Shown: positions 19,258 through 28,990 of the stretch, piece after piece
How positions within the stretch are numbered: position 1 is the first letter of the stretch
Layout: every line of letters starts with the position of its first letter
Source of the DNA: Candidatus Magasanikbacteria bacterium RIFOXYD1_FULL_40_23
GTDB taxonomy: Bacteria > Patescibacteriota > Patescibacteriia > Magasanikbacterales > GWA2-37-8
Direction: 5' to 3'
DNA: 64,000 nucleotides
Assembly: GCA_001783215.1 (NCBI GenBank)
Contig: MFRA01000005.1
Span: 146,824-210,823 of the forward strand
Translations under genes and position numbers: made by a program
The notes under the pieces: model-generated
Told to the model about the DNA's origin: nothing
Databases searched by the model: none
What the model saw: only the letters and a program-made list of their open reading frames with translations

Positions 19258-19878
19258 TTACTGCGCAAGCAGTGCAGCCTGTCCATCTGCAACTCGCCTG
19301 ATCTCGTCTCGCAACCACGTAGTGCGTGGTTGGTATTGTGGCGGAGTGAGCTGGACCATTCGGTCAAAAAGATGGTAGTAGTGGTCGCGAGTTTCTGCTA
19401 CCTGCTTTTTACGGAACGCTTCATCGGTCTGTGCAAGGTCTCGAAGATTGAAAAGTCTATCGCAACCTTTGATGGCAAGCATTTCCCAATCAATGGATAG
19501 CATTAGACGTTCCAAGTATCCCTCTTCCGGGATCTTGCTTAGACCCTTTACCTTGGTAACCACATTGCTTCCAAATGCATGCTCAATCATTTCAGGTGTT
19601 AGGTCTTCCGTGTCTTCCAGACTATCGTGCAGCAGAGCAGTGATAATCATCTCGGCATCAACGATTTTCACTTCGTCGATCAAGATTAGTGCCGCTCCGC
19701 GCAGGTGTTCGAAATACCGGATTGGTTTCCCTTCATCATCCACGCTCTTGCGAACTTGGGCGCGATGCCCAAACTTTGCCATCATGTAAGCGAATCGAAT
19801 GTCGCACAGTATGCTGGGAGCGAAGAACGGGTTGATACGGCTAAAGAACAGCTCTTTGTTTTCGACGGGCTTCGTCAC
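19258..19878 (-). CDS. Standalone RelA/SpoT-type HD hydrolase (small alarmone hydrolase-like)
   Basis: H..Q.RK, RYFEH, ALLHDSLEDT, IKGCDRLFNLR; AGGAGG SD. Confidence 0.85.
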   Translation of the reverse strand: MTKPVENKELFFSRINPFFAPSILCDIRFAYMMAKFGHRAQVRKSVDDEGKPIRYFEHLRGAALILIDEVKIVDAEMIITALLHDSLEDTEDLTPEMIEHAFGSNVVTKVKGLSKIPEEGYLERLMLSIDWEMLAIKGCDRLFNLRDLAQTDEAFRKKQVAETRDHYYHLFDRMVQLTPPQYQPRTTWLRDEIRRVADGQAALLAQ

Positions 19879-20062
19879 TAGTTTCCTCCTACTTGGATTG
19901 TGAAAGAATGGGTGATTATATGTAAATTTTTTATAACTGTCAATAGTAGTATTATAAATATGAATTTATTAAAAATAATCCCCAAGTAGGTAGTGTTTGT
20001 TGCTCTGGTGTCGATGGTAAAGATGTGGTAGTATTTACTTGGTTAAATTTTAAGTGTATTGT

Positions 20063-20626
20063 ATGCCAGGAGAAAAACCAGGCGGTAATCCAGGAGAAAA
20101 AATGAGAGATGAATTCGATTTGAATACTGAGCCTACTCCAGAAGAAGAAGCGAGACAAAAAGAATTGGCTCAAGCAAGAATGGATCGGCTGGCTCAAAGA
20201 AGTGAAGAAAGGAAATCTGTAAAAGCAAAGCCTGCAGTAGTGGGGGAAGTGGATTCTCCTTTTGAAAATCCTGTTAAAGCTCCTAAATTAGGAAAGATAA
20301 AAGACAATGTATCAAAATTAAGTTTGGGAACAAGCAGTACTAGGAGGGCACAAGAAGCCAAACAGTCTGGATTTATGAGTGGTAGATCCGAAGAAGGCCA
20401 AGAAACAGACCGTAATAGAGACATAAAAGATATATTAAAGAAATTTGTTTTTGCTGGTAGTTTTAAATTACGCACATCACAAGAAAAAGGAAAATTTGTT
20501 TTGAGAGTTCTCTCTGGAATAGAAGGGCATAAAGATACCAGGGTGATATTGAAAGTTGAAGGTACAATGGAAGATATTAAAGCCAAGTTAGAAAAACATT
20601 TGAATCATAACTTTACAAGAAAATAA
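20063..20626 (+). CDS. Hypothetical charged protein
   Basis: ORF directly upstream of carA; ATG at 20063 preferred. Confidence 0.65.
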   Translation: MPGEKPGGNPGEKMRDEFDLNTEPTPEEEARQKELAQARMDRLAQRSEERKSVKAKPAVVGEVDSPFENPVKAPKLGKIKDNVSKLSLGTSSTRRAQEAKQSGFMSGRSEEGQETDRNRDIKDILKKFVFAGSFKLRTSQEKGKFVLRVLSGIEGHKDTRVILKVEGTMEDIKAKLEKHLNHNFTRK

Positions 20627-20648
20627 TATATTAAAACCATAACGGTCT

Positions 20649-21707
20649 ATGCCTGGTGCAAAGTTGGTGCTAAAAGATGGTTCGGAATTTGAGGGGTTTT
20701 CTTTTGGTTCAGAGACTAGCATGGCAGGAGAAGTGGTATTTAACACAGGTATGGTCGGCTATCCCGAAACCATGACCGATCCTTCGTACAGAGGGCAAAT
20801 TTTGGTACTTACTTATCCGTTGGTAGGAAATTATGGTGTGCCGGGCGACGCAAACCCAGAAGAACTTTTTAAAAATTTTGAATCAGACAAAATCCAAATT
20901 CAAGGATTAATTGTAAGTGAGCAGTGTGAAGGATTTTCTCATTGGAGCGCCAAGCAATCTTTGTCTGATTGGATGAAAAAAAATAATATTCCAGGAATAT
21001 TTGGTGTAGACACGCGCGAGCTTACCAAAAAATTACGCTCTAGTGGTACTATGCTGGGTAAGATTGTAGTAGAAAATACTACGATAGATTTTGAAGATCC
21101 TAATTTACGTAATTTGGCAGCTGAAGTAAGTGTGAAAGAGCCTGTGCGATATGGCGCAGGAGAAAAAACAGTAATAGTGGTAGATTGTGGTGTAAAAAAT
21201 AATATCATTCGTTCGTTTGTAAATAGAGGCATTTCGGTTTTACGAGTGCCTTGGAATTATAATTTCTTAGAAGAAAAAGCTGACGGCATACTTATTTCTA
21301 ATGGTCCGGGTGATCCAAAAATGTGTACAGACACAATTGCCAATGTAAGATCTGCTTTGGCAGGCAATAGGTCAATACTTGGTATATGTTTGGGTTCGCA
21401 AATTTTGTCGCTCGCTGCCGGAGCCAACACTTATAAATTAAAATATGGGCATAGGGGCCAGAATCAGCCATGCGTAGAAATGGGAACAAAAAAATGTTTT
21501 ATCACTTCACAAAATCATGGTTTTGCAGTGGACACAAAAACCCTGCCACAAGATTGGCGCGAGTGGTTTACCAATGATAACGACGGCACAAACGAAGGTA
21601 TTATTCATATTTCTAAACCATTTTTTGGCGCACAGTTTCACCCGGAAGGCGCGCCCGGCCCAGACGACAGCGAGTTTATTTTTGATATGTTTATACGAAC
21701 ATTGTAG
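20649..21707 (+). CDS. carA: Carbamoyl-phosphate synthase small subunit
   Basis: GEVVFNTGMVGYPE, SNGPGDP, GICLG, QNHGF, QFHPE. Confidence 0.97.
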   Translation: MPGAKLVLKDGSEFEGFSFGSETSMAGEVVFNTGMVGYPETMTDPSYRGQILVLTYPLVGNYGVPGDANPEELFKNFESDKIQIQGLIVSEQCEGFSHWSAKQSLSDWMKKNNIPGIFGVDTRELTKKLRSSGTMLGKIVVENTTIDFEDPNLRNLAAEVSVKEPVRYGAGEKTVIVVDCGVKNNIIRSFVNRGISVLRVPWNYNFLEEKADGILISNGPGDPKMCTDTIANVRSALAGNRSILGICLGSQILSLAAGANTYKLKYGHRGQNQPCVEMGTKKCFITSQNHGFAVDTKTLPQDWREWFTNDNDGTNEGIIHISKPFFGAQFHPEGAPGPDDSEFIFDMFIRTL

Positions 21708-21708
21708 C

Positions 21709-22089
21709 TGTCATTCTGAGCAAAGCGAAGAATCCCTTAACCTACGAATAATAAAGATTACTATGTCTACATTATGGCCAGTGAAAGTGGAACATTGTAT
21801 GTCGGCGTAACAAACGATTTAACCCGCAGAATTTCAGAGCACAAACAAAATTTAATTGAAGGTTTTACTAAAAAATATAAATGTCATAAATTAGTATATT
21901 ACGAAAACTATTCAGATATAAAACAGGCTATTGCGAGAGAAAAGGAGATAAAAGGATGGTTAAGAAAAAAGAAAGAACAGTTAATTAAAAATATAAATCC
22001 TGGTTGGAAGGATTTAAGTGTAGAGTGGGTGTAAAGGGATCCTTCATTTCATTCAGAGCCTGCACTGAGCCGTAGCGAATGTGATGACA
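21709..22089 (+). mobile_element. Family C element carrying a GIY-YIG nuclease gene
   Basis: Left arm 21709-21737 and right arm 22035-22089 flank the nuclease ORF between carA and carB. Confidence 0.78.
21744..22034 (+). CDS. GIY-YIG endonuclease (UPF0213-like); apparent ACG start or mutated start
   Basis: Frame reads TNNKDYYVYIMASESGTLYVGVTNDLTRRISEHK...AIAREKEIKGW; the YVY motif lies upstream of the first ATG (21774). Confidence 0.88.
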   Translation, partial: TNNKDYYVYIMASESGTLYVGVTNDLTRRISEHKQNLIEGFTKKYKCHKLVYYENYSDIKQAIAREKEIKGWLRKKKEQLIKNINPGWKDLSVEWV

Positions 22090-22094
22090 ACGCC

Positions 22095-22166
22095 TGTCAT
22101 TCTGAGCAAAGCGAAGAATCCCTCTTGTCCGAACGAAAGGGATCCTTCACTCCGTTCAGGATGACA
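22095..22166. repeat. Family C empty copy
   Basis: TGTCATTCTGAGCAAAGCGAAGAATCCC-spacer-GGGATCCTTCACTCCGTTCAGGATGACA. Confidence 0.88.
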
Positions 22167-22207
22167 AAACGGATCGATTAGCTATAAATCCGCGTAATCC
22201 GTGTTTT

Positions 22208-25200
22208 ATGATCAGAAATATCAAACCAAAGAAAATTTTAATCCTAGGCTCCGGCGCTCTGCAGATTGGGCAGGCTGGCGAGTTTGATTATTCTGGAAGT
22301 CAGGCAATCAAAGCCTTAAAAGAAGATGGAATTTTTACAGTATTGGTCAATCCAAATATCGCTACTATCCAAACTTCAGATCATTTAGCAGATAAAGTAT
22401 ATTTTTTGCCGCTTAATATTTTTTTCGTAGAACAAGTAATTGCCAAAGAAAAACCGGATGGTATTTTGCTTGGCTTTGGTGGTCAGACTGCACTAAATGT
22501 TGGCGTGCAACTCTACGAAAAAGGTATTTTAGAAAAGTACAATGTAAAAGTTTTGGGTACACAGGTAGAAGTAATAAAAGACACAGAAGATAGGCAATTA
22601 TTTTCTAACAGAGTGGCAGAGGTTGGGTTAAAAGTCGCTAGAAGTGTAACTGCCGGCACTGTTCAAGAAGCACTGGACGCTGCAGACAAAATTGGCTATC
22701 CGGTAATGTGTCGCGTGGCTTATGCTTTGGGCGGATTAGGGTCGGGAATTGTGCAAAACAAAGCCGAGTTGGAAGAAAAAACAAACAGAGCTTTTGCTTT
22801 TACAAATCAAGTTTTAATTGAAGAATGTTTGTATGGTTGGAAAGAAGTAGAATACGAAATTGTACGCGATGTCCACGATAATTGTATTACGATTTGTTCC
22901 ATGGAAAATTTTGATCCAATGGGTATCCATACTGGAGATAGTATCGTGGTAGCACCTGTGCAAACTCTTACTGCCAAAGAAAATTTTAATTTGCGTGCTA
23001 TTGGTATAAAGCTAATTAGGCATCTAGGAATTATTGGTGAGTGCAATATTCAATATGCGCTGGATCCAAACTCTGGTGATTATCGTATTATAGAAGTAAA
23101 TGCTCGTCTTAGCCGCAGTTCGGCTCTAGCTTCCAAAGCTACCGGCTATCCGCTGGCGTTTGTGGCTACCAAATTGGCTTTGGGTTATGCGCTTAACGAA
23201 GTAGAAAATATTATAACCAAAGAAACCTCGGCCTGTTTTGAGCCAGCACTTGATTATATTACGCTTAAATTTCCTCGTTGGGATTTGCAGAAATTTGAAC
23301 ATGTAAACAAAGTGCTTGGTACAGAAATGAAATCTGTGGGGGAAGTAATGGCAATTGGCCGTAGTTTTGAAGAAGTTCTGCAAAAAGCGATTCGCATGTT
23401 GGACGTTGGTATGAATGGTTTGGTAGGTAATGACATTGATTTTGCAGAATTAGATAAAGAAATTACTCAGCCAACAGACAAAAGGATTTTTGCGATTGTC
23501 CAGGCTATAAAATCCGGATATTCTATAGAAAAAGTTCACGAACTTTCCAAAGTTGATAATTGGTTTTTGCATAAACTAAAAAATATAATTGATTTGGAAA
23601 GTAAATTAAAAAATTATAATTTAGAAACTCTGCCTATAGAAGTTTTGCGACCAGCCAAACAAGCCGGATTTTCGGACAAACAAATAGCTGGGGTAATAGG
23701 TTCTGTGGCCGAAGCGGTACGCGCCAAGCGAAAATCATTGGGAGTGTTGCCGGTTGTAAAGCAGATAGATACTCTAGCCGCCGAGTACCCCGCTAAAACA
23801 AATTATTTATATCTTACATACAATGGCCGCGAAAACGATATTGTTCGCTCTACAGAAAAACAAGTTATAGTGCTTGGCAGTGGTCCGTATCGCATTGGTT
23901 CGTCGGTAGAGTTTGATTGGTGTTGTGTAAATTCTCTCATGAGTCTGCAAAAAGCTGGTTACAAAACTATTATGATAAATTGTAATCCAGAAACTGTTAG
24001 TACTGACTACGATGTTTCCGACCAATTATATTTTGAAGAATTAAGCCTAGAAAAGATTTTGGATATTTATGAATTTCAACAGCCGTTGGGCGTGGTAGTT
24101 TCTATGGGTGGCCAAACACCAAATAATTTGGCTCTAAAGTTGCACAATGCGGGTGTAAAAATTTTGGGTACAACGCCGGAACAAATAGATAATGCCGAAA
24201 GCAGGCATAAATTTTCTCAGATTTTGGATAGTCTAGAAATAGACCAGCCGGAATGGAAAGAACTTACCGATATAGATTCGGCCAAAGAGTTTGCGCAGCG
24301 AGTGGGATATCCGGTTTTGGTGCGCCCCAGCTATGTTCTTAGTGGTGCTGCGATGAGCATATCTTATAGTGAAGATGATTTGGAATTATTTTTGAAAAAA
24401 GCAGTTGATTTAAACAAAGAATATCCGGTGGTGATAAGCAAATTTATTACCAAGGCTAGAGAGATAGAGATGGATGCGGTAGCCAACAATGGCGAGTTAT
24501 TTTGCTATGCCATTTCCGAACATTTAGAAAACGCGGGCGTGCATTCTGGAGATGCTACGCTTGTATTTCCTCCACAAAAAACATATTTGGAAACAACTCG
24601 CAGATTAAAAGTAATTGCCAAAGAAGTGGCCAAGGCTTTGCAAATTACTGGTCCGTTTAATATGCAGCTCATTGCCAAAGATAATGATATTAAAGTAATT
24701 GAATGCAATTTGCGCGCATCTCGCAGTTTTCCATTTGTATCCAAAGTTTTAAAAATAAATTTTATAGATATTGCTACCAGATTAATGATGGGGGAGTCTG
24801 TACCGAAATTAAGTCGATCGTCTTTCGATTTGGATTATGTGGGTGTAAAAGCGTCGCAATTTTCTTTTACCAGATTAAAGGGTTCTGATCCAGTGACGCG
24901 CGTAGAGATGAGTTCTACTGGAGAGGTGGCGTGTCTAGGAGATAATTTGAATGAAGCGTTTTTGAAAAGCGTAATTTCTACTGGTTTTAATGTGGAGCCA
25001 AAATCAGTTTTGTTATCTATTGGTTCGCTGGATAAAAAAACCGCCTTTTTGGAAGAAGCTAAAATTTTGCAGACTATGGGAGTAAAAATTTATGCTACCA
25101 CCGGCACAGGCGCATTTTTGAAAGAAAATAATATTGAAGCAGAAGTTTTGGAATGGAATTTGGAAAATGGCCAACCAAATGTGATGTCGCACTTGTCCGA

Positions 25201-25402
25201 TAAAAAAATTGATTTGGTGATTGGTATTCCTAGTAACACCGAGAAGGCCGGGTTAAGTAATGGCTATTTGGCTAGAAGAAAAGCCATAGATCAGAACATT
25301 TCTCTTATTACTAATTTGGAATTTGCCAGACGTTATGTAAAAGCTATTAGTAAATTTAAAATGAGTGATCTGAAAATAAAAAGCTGGGATGAGTATTTAT
25401 AA
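22208..25402 (+). CDS. carB: Carbamoyl-phosphate synthase large subunit
   Basis: GQAGEFDYSG, two ATP-grasp domains, NCNPETVSTDYD, MGS domain. Confidence 0.97.
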   Translation: MIRNIKPKKILILGSGALQIGQAGEFDYSGSQAIKALKEDGIFTVLVNPNIATIQTSDHLADKVYFLPLNIFFVEQVIAKEKPDGILLGFGGQTALNVGVQLYEKGILEKYNVKVLGTQVEVIKDTEDRQLFSNRVAEVGLKVARSVTAGTVQEALDAADKIGYPVMCRVAYALGGLGSGIVQNKAELEEKTNRAFAFTNQVLIEECLYGWKEVEYEIVRDVHDNCITICSMENFDPMGIHTGDSIVVAPVQTLTAKENFNLRAIGIKLIRHLGIIGECNIQYALDPNSGDYRIIEVNARLSRSSALASKATGYPLAFVATKLALGYALNEVENIITKETSACFEPALDYITLKFPRWDLQKFEHVNKVLGTEMKSVGEVMAIGRSFEEVLQKAIRMLDVGMNGLVGNDIDFAELDKEITQPTDKRIFAIVQAIKSGYSIEKVHELSKVDNWFLHKLKNIIDLESKLKNYNLETLPIEVLRPAKQAGFSDKQIAGVIGSVAEAVRAKRKSLGVLPVVKQIDTLAAEYPAKTNYLYLTYNGRENDIVRSTEKQVIVLGSGPYRIGSSVEFDWCCVNSLMSLQKAGYKTIMINCNPETVSTDYDVSDQLYFEELSLEKILDIYEFQQPLGVVVSMGGQTPNNLALKLHNAGVKILGTTPEQIDNAESRHKFSQILDSLEIDQPEWKELTDIDSAKEFAQRVGYPVLVRPSYVLSGAAMSISYSEDDLELFLKKAVDLNKEYPVVISKFITKAREIEMDAVANNGELFCYAISEHLENAGVHSGDATLVFPPQKTYLETTRRLKVIAKEVAKALQITGPFNMQLIAKDNDIKVIECNLRASRSFPFVSKVLKINFIDIATRLMMGESVPKLSRSSFDLDYVGVKASQFSFTRLKGSDPVTRVEMSSTGEVACLGDNLNEAFLKSVISTGFNVEPKSVLLSIGSLDKKTAFLEEAKILQTMGVKIYATTGTGAFLKENNIEAEVLEWNLENGQPNVMSHLSDKKIDLVIGIPSNTEKAGLSNGYLARRKAIDQNISLITNLEFARRYVKAISKFKMSDLKIKSWDEYL

Positions 25403-25410
25403 AATTATAG

Positions 25411-25488
25411 GGGCTAAAGCCCATATAATCTCATTCGTTCGAAAATATTTAAGCAAGCTAAATATCTTACTCACTCATTTCGATTATG
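25411..25488 (+). repeat. Family A element, copy A2 (ends on pcrA ATG)
   Basis: GGGCTAAAGCCC-ATATAATC-TCATTCGTTC-stem-ACTCACTCATTTC-GATTATG. Confidence 0.85.
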
Positions 25489-27522
25489 ATTGATTTTGTA
25501 AAAGAGCTGAATCAAGAACAGCTAGAAGTAGTTTTACACGGCGATGGGCCGTGTTTAGTTTTGGCTGGCGCCGGGAGCGGCAAAACCAGAGTAATTACTT
25601 ATCGGGTAGCATATCTGTTGGAGCAAGGCGTAGATCCAGAAAATATATTGCTCGTCACCTTTACCAATAAAGCGGCCGACGAAATGATTCGTCGTGTACA
25701 GAGCTTAACCAATTCTCCAAAACGCTTGCCTTGGGCCGGCACGTTCCATCATATTGCCTATAGGATTCTCAAAATTTATGCAGCTATTTTGGGTTACAAA
25801 AGTAATTTTTCGGTATTAGACAGCGATGATAGCGAAACAATTTTAAAGTTATGTGCCAAACCATTTAAATCCGATACGGGTCGAACTAAATTTCCTTCGG
25901 CACGCGTGCTTCAATCTATAATTAGTTTTGCTCGTAATTCCGAAACTACAGTAGAAGATGTATTGGATTTAAAATATCCGCAATGGATGGTTTTTGCCGA
26001 TCAGATAAAAAGCGTGGCACATGAATATGAAGTGAAAAAGAAAGAAGCCAATGCTATGGACTTTGATGATTTGTTGGTAAATTTTTGTAATTTATTAAAT
26101 CACGAACAGGCATTAAAAAAGTATTCGCAGCAGTTTAAATATATTTTGGTAGACGAATACCAAGATACAAATAAAATTCAATCTTCTATAATCAAAAAAT
26201 TGGCTAGTGCGCACGGCAATATGCTTGTGGTGGGCGATGACGCACAAAGTATTTATTCTTTTCGCGCCGCTGACATTGCCAATATTTTGCAATTCGAAAA
26301 AGAATTTCCAAATGCCAAAGTATTTAAATTAGAAACCAATTATCGTTCCACGGCCGAAATTTTAGATGTGGCCAACGACGTTATAGTTAATAATACAAAG
26401 CAATACAAAAAACAATTAAAAACTGTATTAGAAAATGGAGAAAAACCTACGCTTCACCCGCAGATGGACCAATCCAATGAAGCTGAATTTGTAACCGGTA
26501 AAATTTTGGAGCTACTAGACAAAGGCACGCCGGCCAACGAAATTGCAGTTTTGTTTCGCGCGGCGCACCATTCACAGCTTTTGGAAATGGAGTTAGTAAA
26601 AGCCGGGATTATTTATGATTACCGCGGAGGGCTTAGATTTTTTGAACGCGCTCACGTAAAAGATGTTTTGGCATATTTACGAATACTAAATAATTTGACC
26701 GATACAGCCGCGTGGATGCGTGTGCTTATGCACGAAGAGGGAATTGGCGCGGTGGCAGCTAGTAAAATTACTGAAGCATTAAAAAAAGCAACCAACGTGG
26801 AAGATGTGAAAATAATCGGTCAAGAAATTTTGGGAGAGAAAGCCAAAAATGGTTGGAATAATTTTGTGCGCATCTGGGAAAGTATGTTGGGCAAAAGCCG
26901 CACCGATACTTCTGGGCTTATACAATCTGTAATTAATTCTCCGTACAAAGACTATTTAGAAGGAGAATATATAGATAGTAGAGATAGATTAGAAGACATT
27001 GCCCAGTTGCAAGTTTTTGCCGAAAAATATAATGAATTAGAGCAATTTTTGGCCGAAGCTACGCTGCAAGAGGGTTTTGGTGGTGGCAAAGGTGGAAATC
27101 AAAACAGAGAAAGTTCTGGTCCAAAAGTGGTATTGTCTACAATTCATCAAGCCAAAGGGTTAGAATGGGCGGCTGTGTTTATTATCAATTTGGCCTCAGG
27201 TGCTTTCCCAAACGATAGAGCGCTGCACGAAAATAATGGATTAGAAGAAGAACGCCGGTTGCTGTATGTGGCCATAACTCGTGCCAAAAAACATTTGCAC
27301 CTTACGTATCCTATGTCGGGGGGTGGGTTTGGAGATTCACTTGCCGGTCCAAGTATGTTTTTAGGAGAGATTAGTTCGGATTTATTAGAGGATCATTCGC
27401 TTCTTTCTTATGGTAATGGTTTAGTGCTCAACGACGAAGCAGCTGGTGTGACATATATAAATGAAGACAAACCATTGCGTATAAAACCGGGCAGTTTTTT
27501 GCGTGGTTTGGACGATCTTTAG
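25486..27522 (+). CDS. pcrA: UvrD/PcrA SF1 DNA helicase
   Basis: AGAGSGKT, VDEYQD, VGDDAQSIY, NYRS, TIHQAKGLE, EERRLLYVAITRA. Confidence 0.93.
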   Translation: MIDFVKELNQEQLEVVLHGDGPCLVLAGAGSGKTRVITYRVAYLLEQGVDPENILLVTFTNKAADEMIRRVQSLTNSPKRLPWAGTFHHIAYRILKIYAAILGYKSNFSVLDSDDSETILKLCAKPFKSDTGRTKFPSARVLQSIISFARNSETTVEDVLDLKYPQWMVFADQIKSVAHEYEVKKKEANAMDFDDLLVNFCNLLNHEQALKKYSQQFKYILVDEYQDTNKIQSSIIKKLASAHGNMLVVGDDAQSIYSFRAADIANILQFEKEFPNAKVFKLETNYRSTAEILDVANDVIVNNTKQYKKQLKTVLENGEKPTLHPQMDQSNEAEFVTGKILELLDKGTPANEIAVLFRAAHHSQLLEMELVKAGIIYDYRGGLRFFERAHVKDVLAYLRILNNLTDTAAWMRVLMHEEGIGAVAASKITEALKKATNVEDVKIIGQEILGEKAKNGWNNFVRIWESMLGKSRTDTSGLIQSVINSPYKDYLEGEYIDSRDRLEDIAQLQVFAEKYNELEQFLAEATLQEGFGGGKGGNQNRESSGPKVVLSTIHQAKGLEWAAVFIINLASGAFPNDRALHENNGLEEERRLLYVAITRAKKHLHLTYPMSGGGFGDSLAGPSMFLGEISSDLLEDHSLLSYGNGLVLNDEAAGVTYINEDKPLRIKPGSFLRGLDDL

Positions 27523-27603
27523 AGCTTTTTTAGCAAAAAATCAGATTGACTTTTTGTCGATTTTTTGATATAATACTTACATTATACAATGTAATTTATA
27601 TTT

Positions 27604-28101
27604 ATGGACCAACTATCTAGGGTGCCTGATTCTGTAAAGTCAAAAGAACCAATTCCGATGTTACGAATTCCAATAGAATCGGATGTGCATGCAGAAGTTG
27701 GTGGAGAAATAGATCAATCAAAAGCAGAGGATGTAGAAGGTAAAAGAGAATCTACTTTGGACAACAAAGTAGAAAGCACGGTTAATTCATTTTCTGCGTA
27801 TATTGCCAGAATGGCCAAAGAGCGCGGCGGGCAAATGCCCGTAGCCGAGGCTTCCTCTATTTACTCCAATGATTTATTACCAGGTCTTCGTGGAAAAAGT
27901 TTTTCTGAAGGAGAGGAACACGACTTAGAACAAAAAATGGGTGGAACTGGATTTTATGACACAGGAAAAACTATTACAATTCCAACTAATGAAGGTGAAG
28001 CAACCTTTAATTTAGTGGCAGTTTCCAAGGCAGGAAAATCAAAACTTACGTTAGAGCCAGGTGCGTATAGTGACATTGCGCAAAGAATAGCCGGCAATTA
28101 A
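27604..28101 (+). CDS. Hypothetical protein
   Basis: 165-aa ORF behind a TTGACT..TATAAT promoter-like site. Confidence 0.7.
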   Translation: MDQLSRVPDSVKSKEPIPMLRIPIESDVHAEVGGEIDQSKAEDVEGKRESTLDNKVESTVNSFSAYIARMAKERGGQMPVAEASSIYSNDLLPGLRGKSFSEGEEHDLEQKMGGTGFYDTGKTITIPTNEGEATFNLVAVSKAGKSKLTLEPGAYSDIAQRIAGN

Positions 28102-28115
28102 TTTTTTATATTTAT

Positions 28116-28709
28116 ATGGGCGTAGATCATAGAGGTGGAGGGCCAGAACGAAGAAATCAACAAAATTATTTTGATAGCGCAAATACATTTAATGAAATTA
28201 TTAATTTAATTTCAAAAGCACCAGAAGGATCTTTGAAAGATAGTAAAGGCAATGAAATAGACGCCACAATAATAGTTGGCGTTAAAAGAGTTTTTGAAAA
28301 TAAAGATTTGGTAGGAAGTGATTTGATAAACTATATTACTAGAAATAATGGGCTTCGAGAAGCGGTGGTGCGAGCGATGGCGCCAAATTTTGATATGGAA
28401 AATAATTTAAATAATGTGTGGGTAGGGCTAAAAGCTGCCGAGCACCAAAACAATGAACTAAAAGGAGTAAATGGTTCAGGCGGGAAGCAGCTGTGCCTAA
28501 TGACAGACAGTAGTGGTAACCCTGTAGATATAGGGATCTACATTCAAGTTTTGGAGCAAATAATGGATTTCTTGAAAAAGAACCCTACAGATAAGATTCC
28601 AAATGAAAATCAATACTTTGCCCATTTTACAAGCAAATATGGCTTGCGCGGGGCGATACAAAGAGGTGTGGCTACCCTAACTGGTGATACTGGCCGTTTT
28701 ACGTACTAG
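28116..28709 (+). CDS. Hypothetical protein with internal duplication
   Basis: Repeats DSKGNEID..ITRNNGLREAV and DSSGNPVD..FTSKYGLRGAI. Confidence 0.7.
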   Translation: MGVDHRGGGPERRNQQNYFDSANTFNEIINLISKAPEGSLKDSKGNEIDATIIVGVKRVFENKDLVGSDLINYITRNNGLREAVVRAMAPNFDMENNLNNVWVGLKAAEHQNNELKGVNGSGGKQLCLMTDSSGNPVDIGIYIQVLEQIMDFLKKNPTDKIPNENQYFAHFTSKYGLRGAIQRGVATLTGDTGRFTY

Positions 28710-28816
28710 AAGACTTAAGTTAAGGATTTTAATTGTTCGTTAGGGTTGACAAAACCCTTATTTTGTGGTATATAGTTGTACGCACAAGCTGTTCAACCAG
28801 GGAGCAAAGAACTGAC

Positions 28817-28990
28817 ATGTGTCCTCCTCCAGATCGTAAAGAGCCTAGAGAGCTAAGCACCGGGGAAGTTATCCAAGAGATCGGTAAGATGTTCTTGGGG
28901 ATCGGCGAATTTGCGATGTGGGCAGCCAAGAAAAAGGCGGCCAAAGTCTTGCGCAAGAGGGCTGTGAAGCCCATTTCCTTCTACTTCTGA
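28817..28990 (+). CDS. Small hypothetical protein
   Basis: TTGACA promoter at 28746, GGAG, then MCPPPDRKE...; GC-richer than flanks. Confidence 0.45.
   Translation: MCPPPDRKEPRELSTGEVIQEIGKMFLGIGEFAMWAAKKKAAKVLRKRAVKPISFYF

Noticed and set aside
21709-22166. CRISPR array or classical IS
   Set aside because: No regular repeat-spacer periodicity, no cas genes, and no DDE or HUH transposase.
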